NCBI GenBank assembly: GCA_944328405.1
Contig: CALVHP010000169.1
Location: forward strand, 1 to 45,863
Direction of reading: 5' to 3'
DNA length: 45,863 nucleotides
Origin: an uncultured Clostridia bacterium
Lineage (GTDB): Bacteria > Bacillota > Clostridia > Christensenellales > Borkfalkiaceae
Shown: in pieces, positions 14,217 through 24,515 of the stretch
Layout of the letters: every line of letters begins with the position of its first letter
Position numbering within the stretch: position 1 is the stretch's first letter
Position numbers and translations under genes: made by a program
Notes under the pieces: model-generated
Told to the model about the DNA's origin: nothing
Database searches by the model: none
The model's input: the letters and a program-made list of their open reading frames with translations, nothing else

Positions 14217-15455
14217 TCAGCCGCGGATCTGGCCGTTCCCGCGGATCTGGTATTTGTACGACGTCAGTTCGCGCAGCCCCATCGGCCCGCGCGCGTGCAG
14301 CTTCTGCGTGGAAATGCCCATCTCTGCGCCCAGCCCGAACTCGAAACCGTCCGTAAAGCGCGTGCTGGCGTTGACGTAGACCGCCGCGCTGTCGACCTCG
14401 TTTAAGAAGCGCTCCGCCGCGGCGGGGTCTTCGGTCACGATGCTGTCGCTGTGGTGGGTGCCGTATTTGTTGACGTGCGCGATCGCCTCTTCAAAGCCTT
14501 GGACAATTTTGATCGAGATCTTCATGGCGAGAAATTCGGTATAATAGTCCTCTTCGGTCGCCGCGGCGAGATCGGGAACGAGCGCGCGGCTTTTTTCGCA
14601 GGCGACGATCTCCACGCCGGCAGACCGCAGCCCCTCCACGATCGCTTTGAGATGCTTTTCGGCAAACGCCTCGTCCACGAGCAGGCTCTCGCAGGCGTTG
14701 CAGACGGATGTGCGCTGCGTCTTGGCGTTGAGAAGAATGGGCATCGCTTTGGCAAAATCGGCCGTGTTCTCAAAATACACGTGGCAATTGCCGGTACCCG
14801 TTTCGATGATGGGAACGGTCGCGTTCTGTACGGCGTTCCGGATGAGCGAAGCGCTGCCGCGCGGGATAAGCACGTCGACGACGCCGTTCATCTTCATGAA
14901 TTCGCCCGCGCCTTCGCGCGTCGTGTCTTCGATCAGCTGAATGAACTCCGCGTCGTACCCCGCCTCGGCGATCGCATCTTTGATGACCGAGCAAACCGCC
15001 TTGTTCGAACGGATCGCGTCTTTGCTGCCGCGCAGCACCACGGCGTTCCCGCTCTTGATCGCAAGCCCGATGGCGTCTGCCGTCACGTTGGGGCGCGCCT
15101 CGTAGATGATCCCCAGCACCCCGAGCGGCACGCGCACGCGGCGCAGCTGCAGCCCGTTGTACAGCGTGCGCTCTTCGAGCACTTCGCCCACCGGGCACCG
15201 AAGTTCGATCAGCTTTTCCAGGCCGGCGGCGATGCCGTCGATGCGCTTTTCGTTGAGCATCAGGCGGTCGGCAAACTGCGGCCCGCGGGTGCAGTGCTCC
15301 ACGTCTTTCCGGTTTTCGGCAATGATCTCGGCCGCATTGGCGCGCAGCGCTTTGGCGGCCGCCGCCAGCATGACGTTCATGTCCTCTTCGCGCGCCAGCG
15401 CGATCTGCTGCGCATGCTCTTTGGCCTTAACGCAAGTTTCTCTGACGGTCATCAT
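14217..15455 (-). CDS. proA: Gamma-glutamyl phosphate reductase
   Basis: VPLGVLGIIYEARPNVT, LIPRGS, TGTGNCHVY, VCNACESLL, NASTRFTDG, ISTQKLHARGPMG. Confidence 0.96.
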   Translation of the reverse strand: MMTVRETCVKAKEHAQQIALAREEDMNVMLAAAAKALRANAAEIIAENRKDVEHCTRGPQFADRLMLNEKRIDGIAAGLEKLIELRCPVGEVLEERTLYNGLQLRRVRVPLGVLGIIYEARPNVTADAIGLAIKSGNAVVLRGSKDAIRSNKAVCSVIKDAIAEAGYDAEFIQLIEDTTREGAGEFMKMNGVVDVLIPRGSASLIRNAVQNATVPIIETGTGNCHVYFENTADFAKAMPILLNAKTQRTSVCNACESLLVDEAFAEKHLKAIVEGLRSAGVEIVACEKSRALVPDLAAATEEDYYTEFLAMKISIKIVQGFEEAIAHVNKYGTHHSDSIVTEDPAAAERFLNEVDSAAVYVNASTRFTDGFEFGLGAEMGISTQKLHARGPMGLRELTSYKYQIRGNGQIRG

Positions 15456-15530
15456 TTACACGCCCTCCTCCCGTTTTTTATCGATCTATGCCGCGCAGAG
15501 TACCCGATATGCGGCACAAATCATTGCAAG

Positions 15531-16271
15531 TCACTCTTCGTCGTCCTCTTCGGGCAATTCCACGTTGTGGTAGACGTCCTGCACATCGTCCAGCTCGTCG
15601 AGTTTATCCAAAAGTTTGAGGAATTTTTCGGTGTTCTCATCGCTGAGCGTGATGCGCGTCTGCGGGATCATGCGCACGTCGGCTTCCAGGAAGGACAAGC
15701 CTTTCCCTTCCAGATATTTGCGCACGTCCGAAAAGGCCGCGGGGCTGGTATAGATCTCGAACACATCGTCGAGCGTGACGACGTCGTCCGCGCCCGCCTC
15801 GATCGCGTATTCGGTGATCGTGTCCTCGTCCAGATCGAGAGAGCGCTCGACCACGATCAGCCCCTTATTGTCGAACATATACGAGACGCAGCCCGTGCTG
15901 CCGAGCTCGCCGCCGCATTTGGAAAGAGTGCTGCGGACGTCGCCCGCCGTGCGGTTTTTGTTGTCGGTCAGCGTGCTGATGATGACGGCCGAGCCGCCCA
16001 CGCCGTAGCCTTCATAGGTCAGCGTCTCGAAATTGGCCGCATCCGACTCGCCCGCAGCTTTTTTGATGCAGCGCTGAATGTTGTCGTTGGGCATGTTGTT
16101 CGCCTTGGCCTTGGCGATCGCGTCCGCCAGCTTGCTGTTGGTCTCGGGGTTGGGATTCCCCTTGGCGGCTACGGCAATTTCACGGCCGAGCTTGGTAAAA
16201 ATACGCCCGCGCGCCGCGTCGGCCTTGCCCTTTTTTGCCTGTATGTTGTGCCATTTGCTGTGTCCTGACAT
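15531..16271 (-). CDS. yebC: YebC/PmpR family protein
   Basis: MSGHSKWHNIQAKKG, YEGYG, TDNKNRT, DDVQDVYHN. Confidence 0.96.
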   Translation of the reverse strand: MSGHSKWHNIQAKKGKADAARGRIFTKLGREIAVAAKGNPNPETNSKLADAIAKAKANNMPNDNIQRCIKKAAGESDAANFETLTYEGYGVGGSAVIISTLTDNKNRTAGDVRSTLSKCGGELGSTGCVSYMFDNKGLIVVERSLDLDEDTITEYAIEAGADDVVTLDDVFEIYTSPAAFSDVRKYLEGKGLSFLEADVRMIPQTRITLSDENTEKFLKLLDKLDELDDVQDVYHNVELPEEDDEE

Positions 16272-16313
16272 AGTTCTATCTCCTGAATGAAAAAAATGCT
16301 GTTTGCGGACGGA

Positions 16314-17078
16314 TCAAGCGCCCGCGGGCTCTGCCATGCCGGGCAGCGTGCCGGCCCGCGCGCCGAGCTCGTACATGAGGATGCCGGCGGAAACCGCCGC
16401 GTTCAGACTCTCGCACGTGCCGCGCATCGGCACCGCCACGGTATAAACGCAGCGGCGGCGGACTTCTTCGCTTACGCCGTTGGCTTCGTTCCCGATGACC
16501 AGACAAAAGCGGCGCGGCGGCGCAAAGGAAAAAATATCTTCCCCTTCCATGTCCGCGCAGATCAGCGGCACCCCGCAAAGAGCTCCCTGCAAGGCGTCGT
16601 CTCCGCCGTACAGACGCACATGAAAGATCCCGCCCATCGTGGCGCGCACGCATTTCGGGGAATACGGGTCGGCGCAGCCGCGCAGATAGATATCCTCGTA
16701 CCCGGCCGCGTTCGCCGTCCGCAAAATGGTCCCCAGGTTGCCCGGGTCGGCGATCCCGTCCAGCAGCAGGCTGTTCCCGCGCGGGGGCGCCGGCTCTTCT
16801 TCAGGCATGCGCACGACGGCCAGGATCCCCTGCGGGGACGATTCGTCCGTCAGCTTTTCAAAGACGCCCGCGGAGACGGTTTCCGCCTTCTCCGGCAAAA
16901 ACAATTCGCCCGTGTAGCGTTCGGATACGACGACGTGCAGGATCTCGCACCCGCAGGCCGCCGCTTCGCGCACCGACTTTGTGCCTTCAACGATAAAAGC
17001 GCGCGCCTCGCGGCGCCCTTTTTTGTCTTTCAGCGCGGCAACGCTCTTGACAAACGGGTTGTTCCTCGACGTGATCAT
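16314..17078 (-). CDS. TrmH/SpoU family RNA methyltransferase
   Basis: MITSRNNP start, FIVEG, DPGNLGTILRTA, IGNEANGV, ESLNAAVSAGI; usual position after rplT. Confidence 0.9.
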   Translation of the reverse strand: MITSRNNPFVKSVAALKDKKGRREARAFIVEGTKSVREAAACGCEILHVVVSERYTGELFLPEKAETVSAGVFEKLTDESSPQGILAVVRMPEEEPAPPRGNSLLLDGIADPGNLGTILRTANAAGYEDIYLRGCADPYSPKCVRATMGGIFHVRLYGGDDALQGALCGVPLICADMEGEDIFSFAPPRRFCLVIGNEANGVSEEVRRRCVYTVAVPMRGTCESLNAAVSAGILMYELGARAGTLPGMAEPAGA

Positions 17079-17090
17079 CGGAATATACGC

Positions 17091-17119
17091 AAAAACCTTC
17101 TTGCTGGCAAGAAGGTTTT
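17091..17119 (-). terminator. Terminator of infC-rpmI-rplT
   Basis: Minus strand aaaaccttcttg...caagaaggttttt immediately after the rplT stop. Confidence 0.8.
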
Positions 17120-17126
17120 CCATCGA

Positions 17127-17480
17127 TTAAGCGATCGCCGCTTTTGCCTTTTCGGCAAGGGCGGTAAACGCGGCGGCATCGTTGACCGCAATGTCCGCGA
17201 GAACCTTTCTGTTCAGATCGACCCCGGCAACTTTCAGGCCGTGCATGAATTTGCTGTACGAAAGGCCGTTCTGCCGCGCCGCAGCGTTGATACGCGCGAT
17301 CCACAGCTGGCGGAAATCTCTTTTCCTGTTCTTTCTGCCGATGTACGCATACATCAGCGATTTCATGACCGCTTCACGGGCGATGCGGTACGACTTGCTC
17401 TTCGAACCGAAATATCCCTTGGAAAGCTTTAAGATCTTTCTGCGCTTTTTGACCGCGTTGACACCTCTTTTAATACGCAT
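17127..17480 (-). CDS. rplT: 50S ribosomal protein L20
   Basis: [44 protein letters not shown]. Confidence 0.98.
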   Translation of the reverse strand: MRIKRGVNAVKKRRKILKLSKGYFGSKSKSYRIAREAVMKSLMYAYIGRKNRKRDFRQLWIARINAAARQNGLSYSKFMHGLKVAGVDLNRKVLADIAVNDAAAFTALAEKAKAAIA

Positions 17481-17503
17481 GACCGTTTCTCCTTATACTC
17501 GAA

Positions 17504-17704
17504 TTATTGTTTGTAGGGAATCATGCCCTTGACCGTGGCTTCCTGCGTTTCGTTGACGAAAGCCGTCTGGCGCAGACTTCTCTTGCGCTTCCTGTCCTTC
17601 TGGCCCGTTTTGTGGTTCTTTCCCGACTGCGCTCTCTTGACTCTGCCCGTTCCGGTAATGTCGAAACGTTTTTTCGAGCCGCTGTGCGATTTCTGTTTAG
17701 GCAT
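17504..17704 (-). CDS. rpmI: 50S ribosomal protein L35
   Basis: MPKQKSHSGSKKRFDITGTGRVKR; lies between infC and rplT. Confidence 0.96.
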   Translation of the reverse strand: MPKQKSHSGSKKRFDITGTGRVKRAQSGKNHKTGQKDRKRKRSLRQTAFVNETQEATVKGMIPYKQ

Positions 17705-17800
17705 TGTAATTGTTCCTCCGAAAATGATTTCACCGATTGCGGCGCCGCGCCGGCATTTCTGTCTGCGGCAGGCGCGCCCGACCTGGCGATGTTCGACTGT

Positions 17801-18313
17801 TTACTGTTTTGCCGGCGAAAGGAGCATCGTGATGTTCCGCCCCTCGCTGGTCGGCTTTTTATCCATGACCGCCTTGCCGTCGAGCGTGTCAAAAAACGTG
17901 TGCATCACGTTGACGGCGAGCGACGAATGCGCAAACTGGCGGCCGCGCAGGCGGATGGAGACCATGACTTTGTTCCCCGCTTCCAGAAACTTCTGCGCCT
18001 GGCGCGATTTGATGTTCAGATCGCCCGTGTCGATGGTCATCGAAAGGCGGACTTCCTTCACCTCGACGATCTTCTGATTCCTGCGCGATTCCTTTTCCTT
18101 TTTCCCCTGTTCAAACTTATATTTCCCGTAATCCATGATCTTGCAGACGGGCGGTTTGGCCGCCGGCGAGATCTTGACAAGATCCAGATCTTTTTCCTCG
18201 GCGAGGCGCAGCGCTGCAAACGAACTCATAATGCCGAGCTGCTGCCCGTCGTCGCCGATCACTCTCACTTCCTGGTCGCGGATCTCTCCGTTCACCTGAT
18301 GCTGGTTTTTGAT
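17801..18313 (-). CDS. infC: Translation initiation factor IF-3 (non-canonical ATC start inferred)
   Basis: NGEIRDQEVRVI, DLDLV, PPVCKIMDYGKYKFE, VKEVRL. Upstream reads taa GGAAGG tataaacgt ATC aaa aac cag cat cag gtg, in frame. Confidence 0.93.
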   Translation of the reverse strand: MKNQHQVNGEIRDQEVRVIGDDGQQLGIMSSFAALRLAEEKDLDLVKISPAAKPPVCKIMDYGKYKFEQGKKEKESRRNQKIVEVKEVRLSMTIDTGDLNIKSRQAQKFLEAGNKVMVSIRLRGRQFAHSSLAVNVMHTFFDTLDGKAVMDKKPTSEGRNITMLLSPAKQ

Positions 18314-18380
18314 ACGTTTATACCTTCCTTATTTTATTTTTTGACGATCCGGGAAAGTTTCCCCGCCCGCGCACGGCGCG

Positions 18381-18531
18381 AAAAAAGGCGGGTCCGCAAA
18401 AGGACCCGCCGAACGATACCGCAAATAACAACGGCGCGCGCAAACCGAAACATGCGCGGCGATTGCCTGGATATAGTCGAGCTCTTGCCGGCGCAATTGC
18501 CGCAAGGCGAGAAGGTTCCTTCTGCTTTTAC
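18381..18531 (-). ncRNA. Ribosomal protein L20 leader with attenuator
   Basis: Minus strand begins AAAAGCAGAAGGAACCTTCTCGCC (AGCAGAAG...CTTCTC signature of Firmicute L20 leaders) and ends in ggcgggtcc-ttttgc-ggacccgcc-TTTTTT, upstream of infC. Confidence 0.78.
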
Positions 18532-18537
18532 CCGAAT

Positions 18538-18566
18538 ATCATACCAGTTTCCGCACGCAATGTCAA
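18538..18566 (-). promoter_or_regulatory. SigA promoter of infC operon
   Basis: Minus strand TTGACA-17 nt-TATGAT. Confidence 0.8.
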
Positions 18567-18597
18567 TCGATTTTCAGCGGATTTTTCCGCAAAAATT

Positions 18598-20502
18598 TCA
18601 GAATACCGTCTTTTCGTCGTTTTCGCGCCGGACTTTCGCCACAAATTCCGCAAGAGGCATCGCGCCGACGTCGCCTTTTTCGCGCATGCGCACGGACACG
18701 GTCCCCTCTTCCTTTTCCTTGTCGCCGATGATCAGCATGTACGGCAGCTTTTCCAGCTGCGCTTCGCGGATCTTATAGCCGATCTTTTCGTTGCGCAGAT
18801 CCGTTTCGGCGCGCAGCCCCGCGGCTTTGAGCGCCGCTTCGACTTCCTTTGCGTAGTCGGCGGATTTGTCCGATACGGGCAGGATCTTGACCTGCACGGG
18901 CGAAAGCCATACGGGGAACTTCCCGGCGTAGTGCTCGATGAGGATGCCGATAAAGCGTTCGATGGAGCCGAACACGACGCGGTGGATCATGATCGGACGA
19001 TGTTTCTGCCCGTCCTCGCCGGTGTACTCCGCCTCAAAGCGCTGCGGAAGCTGAAAATCGAGCTGGATCGTCCCGCACTGCCAGGTGCGGCCGATGGAAT
19101 CCTGCAGATGGAAATCGATCTTCGGGCCGTAAAACGCGCCGTCCCCTTCGTTCACGACGTACGGCAGCCCCATCTCGTCGAGCGCGGCGCGCAGGGCGTT
19201 CGTCGCCGCCTCCCAGTCCTCGTCGCTGCCGATGCTGTTTTCGGGGCGCGTGGAAAGCTCGACGTGGTACTTGAAGCCGAACAGAGTGTACACTTCGTTG
19301 ATGATGCGCACCACGCCCTTAATCTCGTCGGTGATCTGTTCGGGCAGCATGAAGATGTGCGCGTCGTCCTGCGTGAAGCAGCGCACGCGGAACAGCCCGT
19401 GCAGCTGCCCGCTCTTTTCGTGGCGGTGCACGATGCCCAGCTCGCCCATTCGGATGGGCAGGTCTTTATAGCTGTGCGGGGCGAGTTTGTACACGAGCAT
19501 CCCGCCGGGGCAGTTCATGGGCTTGATTGCGCAGTCTTCGCCGTCGATCTTGGTCGTATACATGTTCTCTTTGTAATGATCCCAGTGGCCGGACGTCTCC
19601 CAAAGACTGCGGTTGAGGATGATCGGCGTCTGCACCTCGACATAGCCCTCGCGGGTATGGATCTGCCGCCAGAAATCGACGAGGGTGTTTTTCAGCACCA
19701 TGCCTTTGGGCAGGAAGAACGGAAAGCCCTTGCCTTCGTTCATCATCGCAAACAGGCCGAGCTCTTTGCCGAGTTTGGTATGGTCGCGCTTTTTGGCCTC
19801 TTCGAGCATGGTAAAATAGGCGTCCATCTCCTCTTTCTTGGCGAAGGCCGTGCCGTAAATGCGCGTGAGCATCTTGTTTTTCTCGTTGCCGCGCCAGTAC
19901 GCGCCCGCAATACTCGTCAGCTTGAACGCCTTGATTTTGCCCGTGGAAGGCAGGTGCGGGCCGCGGCAGAGGTCCGTAAACTCTCCCTGCTTGTAGAAGG
20001 AGATCTCTTCCCCTTCGGGCAGGTCCTTGATCAGCTCGACCTTATATTTTTCGGAATATTTGCTCATCAGTTTGATCGCCTCGGCGCGGGGAAGCGTGAA
20101 GCGCTCGACGGGCAGGTTGCTCTTGATGATCTTCTTCATCTCCGCTTCGATCTTGGAAAGATCTTCCTGCGAGATGGGCGTTTTGAAGTCGATGTCGTAA
20201 TAGAACCCGTTCTCGATCGTCGGGCCGATCGCCAGCTTGCTGGTCGGATAGATCGCCTTGACGGCCTGCGCCAGAACGTGCGCCGCCGTATGGCGGTATA
20301 CGTCCAGCCCCTCCCGATCTTTGAGGGTGACGATCTCCACCTCGGCGTCGCCGTCGACGACGTGCGCCAGATCGACCAGCTTCCCGTTCACCTTCGCGCA
20401 GACAGCCGCGCGCGCAAGCCCTTCGCCGATGCTCTGAGCGATCTCTTTGCAGGTCACGGGAGAAGGAAACTCTCTCTTCTCTCCCTTTAATGTAACGACC
20501 AT
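18598..20502 (-). CDS. thrS: Threonyl-tRNA synthetase
   Basis: SD AGGAGG then MVVTLKGE; RHTAAH, DLCRGPH, RDHTKLG, KPMNCPG, RVRCFTQDDAH, GAFYGPKID. The track ORF's extra 56 aa lie in the T-box leader. Confidence 0.97.
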   Translation of the reverse strand: MVVTLKGEKREFPSPVTCKEIAQSIGEGLARAAVCAKVNGKLVDLAHVVDGDAEVEIVTLKDREGLDVYRHTAAHVLAQAVKAIYPTSKLAIGPTIENGFYYDIDFKTPISQEDLSKIEAEMKKIIKSNLPVERFTLPRAEAIKLMSKYSEKYKVELIKDLPEGEEISFYKQGEFTDLCRGPHLPSTGKIKAFKLTSIAGAYWRGNEKNKMLTRIYGTAFAKKEEMDAYFTMLEEAKKRDHTKLGKELGLFAMMNEGKGFPFFLPKGMVLKNTLVDFWRQIHTREGYVEVQTPIILNRSLWETSGHWDHYKENMYTTKIDGEDCAIKPMNCPGGMLVYKLAPHSYKDLPIRMGELGIVHRHEKSGQLHGLFRVRCFTQDDAHIFMLPEQITDEIKGVVRIINEVYTLFGFKYHVELSTRPENSIGSDEDWEAATNALRAALDEMGLPYVVNEGDGAFYGPKIDFHLQDSIGRTWQCGTIQLDFQLPQRFEAEYTGEDGQKHRPIMIHRVVFGSIERFIGILIEHYAGKFPVWLSPVQVKILPVSDKSADYAKEVEAALKAAGLRAETDLRNEKIGYKIREAQLEKLPYMLIIGDKEKEEGTVSVRMREKGDVGAMPLAEFVAKVRRENDEKTVF

Positions 20503-20569
20503 TGATCCAACCTCCTGTACAAACTTCTTTTCCGTATTGCCGTGCCGCCGTGCGGCGGCCGAAAGGACA

Positions 20570-20800
20570 AAAAAAGCGCCCTTAAACCCGAGTTTAAGGA
20601 CGCATGCGAACACGCGCGGTTCCACCTTAATTGCCGGAAATCCGGCCTCTTTGCCCGTCTTTTTCTGCAAGAAAACGGAAACTTGCCGCGATAAAAGAGC
20701 GGTTTCGCCCGGCCCGGATGCGCGGAACTTTCAGCCTCGGCCCCGCTCTCTGCGGTGCATGGCCGCGCCGGCTACTTGTCTCTTTCCCTGTGCGAATCTG
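20570..20800 (-). ncRNA. T-box riboswitch (Thr, specifier ACC)
   Basis: AGTA, AGAGAG and GGCTGAA stem I elements; specifier gaaACCg at 20701-20703; T-box AAGGTGGAACCGCG at 20615-20628; terminator gcgtccttaaac-tcgg-gtttaagggcgc followed by a T run. Confidence 0.92.
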
Positions 20801-20809
20801 TTTTCCATT

Positions 20810-20838
20810 ATTGTAATCGCTCCGCCCCGTTTTGTCAA
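20810..20838 (-). promoter_or_regulatory. SigA promoter of T-box-thrS
   Basis: Minus strand TTGACA-17 nt-TACAAT. Confidence 0.8.
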
Positions 20839-20897
20839 CGATTTTGCGGAAGGCGCGCCGGAAATTTTTCATTCCGCACCCGCGCGCGCCTTGCGGC

Positions 20898-21608
20898 TCA
20901 CAGGCACGGGAAGCAGACTCTGCCCGCGTAATAATTTTTCAGAAAAGCTTCCTGCCCGGCGGTGACGGCCGAAAGGCATTCGACGCGCCCCGCCCCGCTG
21001 AGCACGATCTCGCGCAGCGTATTCAGTTCCGAGCGGCCCTCTTCGATCAGATGGGCGCGCCGCAATCTCCGGCAATGGCTGTCGTAAACGTCCTCCCCTT
21101 TCAAAAAGACGCGCCCGCCGCTGCCGCGCAGCACAAAATCCAGAAATTCGCGCAGCTGGCGGCCGGTAAAAAAGGACGGGATCACGGCGGCGACGTCTTT
21201 CCACTTTTCCGAAAGAGGACGCAGCCGGAACCGGAAAAACCCGTCGATGCAGTGCTCCGACTCTTCGGCCAGGCGCGCCCGCGCGTATTTTTTATCCTCT
21301 TCCAGGTCGGCCGCGATGACGGCGGCCAGCAGCACTTCTTTTTCCTGCGGCGTCAGCCCGGCGGGATGCACAAGGCCGCGCAGGACCTCATATTTATATC
21401 CGACGCAGATGACTTCGGCGATCGCCGCCTCGGCCGCGGCGCGCAGGCGCGGCAGTTTGTCGCGCTCCGCTTCGACCGCAAAACAGACGCGGCCGTCCGC
21501 AAACCGGACGCGCGAGGCAGCCGGGGCTTTGGCCGCGGCGAGCGCCCCCGCCACGTGCGCGATGTAGCGGCAGTGCGAATCCCGTTCAGAAACCGAAATT
21601 TCTACCAT
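20898..21608 (-). CDS. ytxC: Putative sporulation protein YtxC-like
   Basis: IDGFFRFRL motif and the conserved Firmicute position directly upstream of thrS; otherwise divergent. Confidence 0.65.
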   Translation of the reverse strand: MVEISVSERDSHCRYIAHVAGALAAAKAPAASRVRFADGRVCFAVEAERDKLPRLRAAAEAAIAEVICVGYKYEVLRGLVHPAGLTPQEKEVLLAAVIAADLEEDKKYARARLAEESEHCIDGFFRFRLRPLSEKWKDVAAVIPSFFTGRQLREFLDFVLRGSGGRVFLKGEDVYDSHCRRLRRAHLIEEGRSELNTLREIVLSGAGRVECLSAVTAGQEAFLKNYYAGRVCFPCL

Positions 21609-21703
21609 AATTTCAGTGTATGCTCTACGCGGGGAATTATTGCTCCGGGCGGGGCGCGGCGGCGCGATTTATAAAAAATTTCGGCGTTCCTTGTCACTTG
21701 GGC

Positions 21704-21733
21704 TTGACGAAGAGAACCAAAAAGGTATATAAT
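21704..21733 (+). promoter_or_regulatory. SigA promoter for small membrane protein-leuS
   Basis: TTGACG-18 nt-TATAAT. Confidence 0.65.
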
Positions 21734-21761
21734 CGGAAAAACAGTTCGTGGCGGGAGCCGT

Positions 21762-21959
21762 ATGTCGAAAACACTTCTCATCATCCTGATCGTCGTTTTG
21801 GTCGTGCATTATTTTCTCGCCATCGCCACCATTTATGTATTGCTGAAAGACAAGGGCTTTGTCAAGGCGGTGATCCCCTGGAACATCGTCGTTTTGCTGC
21901 TGCCGATCGTCGGGCCGGCGGCTTACTGGATCGCCCGCTGTTTCAGAAAGAAAAATTGA
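21762..21959 (+). CDS. 65-aa two-TM membrane protein (PLDc_N-like)
   Basis: SD GGGAG; [15 protein letters not shown] signature of the PLDc_N domain; basic C-terminus. Confidence 0.75.
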   Translation: MSKTLLIILIVVLVVHYFLAIATIYVLLKDKGFVKAVIPWNIVVLLLPIVGPAAYWIARCFRKKN

Positions 21960-21996
21960 CGCCCGCCGCAGAAGCGGGCGCGGAGGTATTGCATCT

Positions 21997-24426
21997 ATGG
22001 ACATGAAATCCGTCGAAAGCAAGTGGCAGCAACGCTGGGAAAAGACCAAGGAAAACTATTTCAACAAAAAGAACATCGACAAAAAGTTCTATGTTCTGGA
22101 AATGTTTTCCTACCCTTCCGGCGCGAAACTGCACATCGGCCACTGGTACAACTACGGACCGACCGACAGCTATGCCCGCTTCAAACGGATGCAGGGTTAC
22201 GAAGTATTCCAGCCCATGGGCTTCGACGCGTTCTGCCTTCCCGCCGAGAACTATGCGATCAAGACCAAGATCCACCCCAAGGACTCGACCGAAAAGAACA
22301 TCGCCACGATGGAAAAACAGCTCAAAGCCATGGGCGCCATGTTCGACTGGTCGGCCGAGATCAAGACCTGCGAAGAGGACTACTACAAGTGGACGCAGTG
22401 GATGTTCCTCAAGCTCTACGAAAAGGGCCTCGCCTACCGCAAAGAGGCGCCCGTCAACTGGTGCCCGAGCTGCAACACCGTTCTTGCCAACGAACAGGTG
22501 CAGGAAGGCTGCTGCGAGCGCTGCGGAACGCAGGTCGTGAAAAAGGATCTGACGCAGTGGTTCTTCAAGATCACCGATTACGCCGAAGAACTGTTGCAGG
22601 GGCTCGACACCATCGACTGGCCCGAAAAGACGAAGCTGATGCAGCGCAACTGGATCGGAAAGTCGGTCGGCTGCGAGATCGAATTTACCTGTGAGAGCGG
22701 CGACGCGTTCAAAGTGTTTACCACCCGCTGCGACACGGTGTTCGGCGTCTCTTACGTCGTCCTCGCGCCCGAACATCCGCTGGTGCGCAAACTCGTCTCC
22801 GACGAGCAGCGCGAAGCGGTGGAAGCGTACATCGCCCAGACCTCCAAGACCGACGAGATCGAAAGGCTTTCTTCCGCGCGCGAAAAGACGGGCGTGTTCA
22901 TCGGGCATTACGCGATCAACCCCGTCAACGGCGAGAAGGTGCCTATTTACGCCGCCGATTACGTCCTGTATTCGTACGGCACGGGCGCCGTGATGGGCGT
23001 GCCCGCCCACGACGAGCGCGACTTCGCCTTTGCGCAGAAGTACGGCCTGCCCGTCAAAAAAGTCATCGAAAACAAAAACGGCGAGACCGTTCTGCCGTTC
23101 ACCGAAGACGGCATCTGCGTCAACAGCCTGCAATTCGACGGACAGTTCGGCGACGACGCCCGCGCGGCCATCGCGACGCATCTGGCCAAGATCGGCAAGG
23201 GCGCGCGCAAGGTCAACTACCGCCTGCGCGACTGGCTGGTCTCCCGCCAGCGTTACTGGGGCGCGCCCATCCCCGTGGTGCACTGCCCGCACTGCGGCAT
23301 CGTGCCCGTCCCCTACAAAGATCTCCCCGTGCGCCTGCCCTACAACGTCGAATTTGAGCCGGACGGAAAATCGCCGCTCGCCAAATGCGACGAATTCATG
23401 CACACGAAGTGCCCCCGCTGCGGAGGAGACGCCCTGCGCGACCCGGACACGCTGGATACCTTTGTCTGCTCGAGCTGGTATTACCTGCGCTATGCGGACG
23501 CGCACAACGCAAAACAGCCCTTCGACCCGGAGATCGTGAACAAGATGCTCCCCGTCGATAAATACGTCGGCGGCGCGGAGCACGCGTGCATGCATCTCCT
23601 GTACGCGCGTTTCTTCACCAAGGCCCTGCGAGACATGGGGTACCTGAACTTCGACGAGCCGTTCAAATCGCTCGTGCACCAGGGCGTGATCTTGGGGCCG
23701 GACGGCAACCGCATGTCCAAATCCAAGGGGAACATCGTCTCCCCCGACGAATACATCGCTGCGTACGGTTCCGACGTGTTCCGCCTGTACCTGATGTTCG
23801 GCTTTTCGTACACCGAAGGCGGGCCCTGGAGCGACGACGGCATCAAGTCGGTCGCAAAATTTTTGGACCGCGTCGAGCGGCTCGCGCTCAAGGTCCGCGA
23901 CGAAAAGGCGGCCAAAGACGCAAAGGGCGATACGGCCGCCGATAAAGAGCTCAACTTCGTGCGGCACAACACCATCCGCCAGGTCACGCGCGATCTGGAA
24001 GGTTTTTCCTTCAACACAGCCGTCGCGCGGCTGATGGAATACGTGAACGCGCTGCACAAATACGACGCTCTGGAAAGCAAAAACGTCGCCTTCCTCAAAG
24101 ACTGCGTCCGCGACCTGCTGCTGCTCATGGCGCCGTTCACCCCTCATTTCTGCGAAGAGCTGTGGGAACTGACCGGAGGAAAGTATTCCGTGTTCGATCA
24201 GAAATACCCCGTCTGCGACGAGAGCGCGCTGGTGCGCGAAGAGACGGAGTACGCCGTACAGATCAACAGCAAGATCAAGGCAAAGATCATGATCGGAAAA
24301 GATCTGAGCAAGGAAGAGATCGAAGCGGCGGTGCTCGCCGACGACGCGATCCGCCCCTTCACGGACGGCAAAGTGATCAAAAAGTGCATCATCGTCCCCG
24401 GCCGGCTCGTCAACATCATCCTCTGA
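21997..24426 (+). CDS. leuS: Leucyl-tRNA synthetase
   Basis: [13 protein letters not shown], editing domain [43 protein letters not shown]; SD GGAGG. Confidence 0.97.
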   Translation: MDMKSVESKWQQRWEKTKENYFNKKNIDKKFYVLEMFSYPSGAKLHIGHWYNYGPTDSYARFKRMQGYEVFQPMGFDAFCLPAENYAIKTKIHPKDSTEKNIATMEKQLKAMGAMFDWSAEIKTCEEDYYKWTQWMFLKLYEKGLAYRKEAPVNWCPSCNTVLANEQVQEGCCERCGTQVVKKDLTQWFFKITDYAEELLQGLDTIDWPEKTKLMQRNWIGKSVGCEIEFTCESGDAFKVFTTRCDTVFGVSYVVLAPEHPLVRKLVSDEQREAVEAYIAQTSKTDEIERLSSAREKTGVFIGHYAINPVNGEKVPIYAADYVLYSYGTGAVMGVPAHDERDFAFAQKYGLPVKKVIENKNGETVLPFTEDGICVNSLQFDGQFGDDARAAIATHLAKIGKGARKVNYRLRDWLVSRQRYWGAPIPVVHCPHCGIVPVPYKDLPVRLPYNVEFEPDGKSPLAKCDEFMHTKCPRCGGDALRDPDTLDTFVCSSWYYLRYADAHNAKQPFDPEIVNKMLPVDKYVGGAEHACMHLLYARFFTKALRDMGYLNFDEPFKSLVHQGVILGPDGNRMSKSKGNIVSPDEYIAAYGSDVFRLYLMFGFSYTEGGPWSDDGIKSVAKFLDRVERLALKVRDEKAAKDAKGDTAADKELNFVRHNTIRQVTRDLEGFSFNTAVARLMEYVNALHKYDALESKNVAFLKDCVRDLLLLMAPFTPHFCEELWELTGGKYSVFDQKYPVCDESALVREETEYAVQINSKIKAKIMIGKDLSKEEIEAAVLADDAIRPFTDGKVIKKCIIVPGRLVNIIL

Positions 24427-24433
24427 CCGTAGA

Positions 24434-24513
24434 AGGCCCGCAGCAGATCGCTGCGGGCCCTGCTTTATTTCAACCGAAACACAACAGCGGCGCACAAATT
24501 TGCGCCGCTGTTG
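24434..24513. terminator. Two tandem hairpins between convergent leuS and LTA-synthase-like genes
   Basis: ggcccgcagc-agatc-gctgcgggcc and caacagcggcgca-caaatt-tgcgccgctgttg. Confidence 0.7.
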
Positions 24514-24515
24514 CT

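Noticed and set aside
13177-14405. Track ORFs crossing the AT-rich intergenic region
   Set aside because: No SD or motifs, atypical codon usage, and they overlap real genes.
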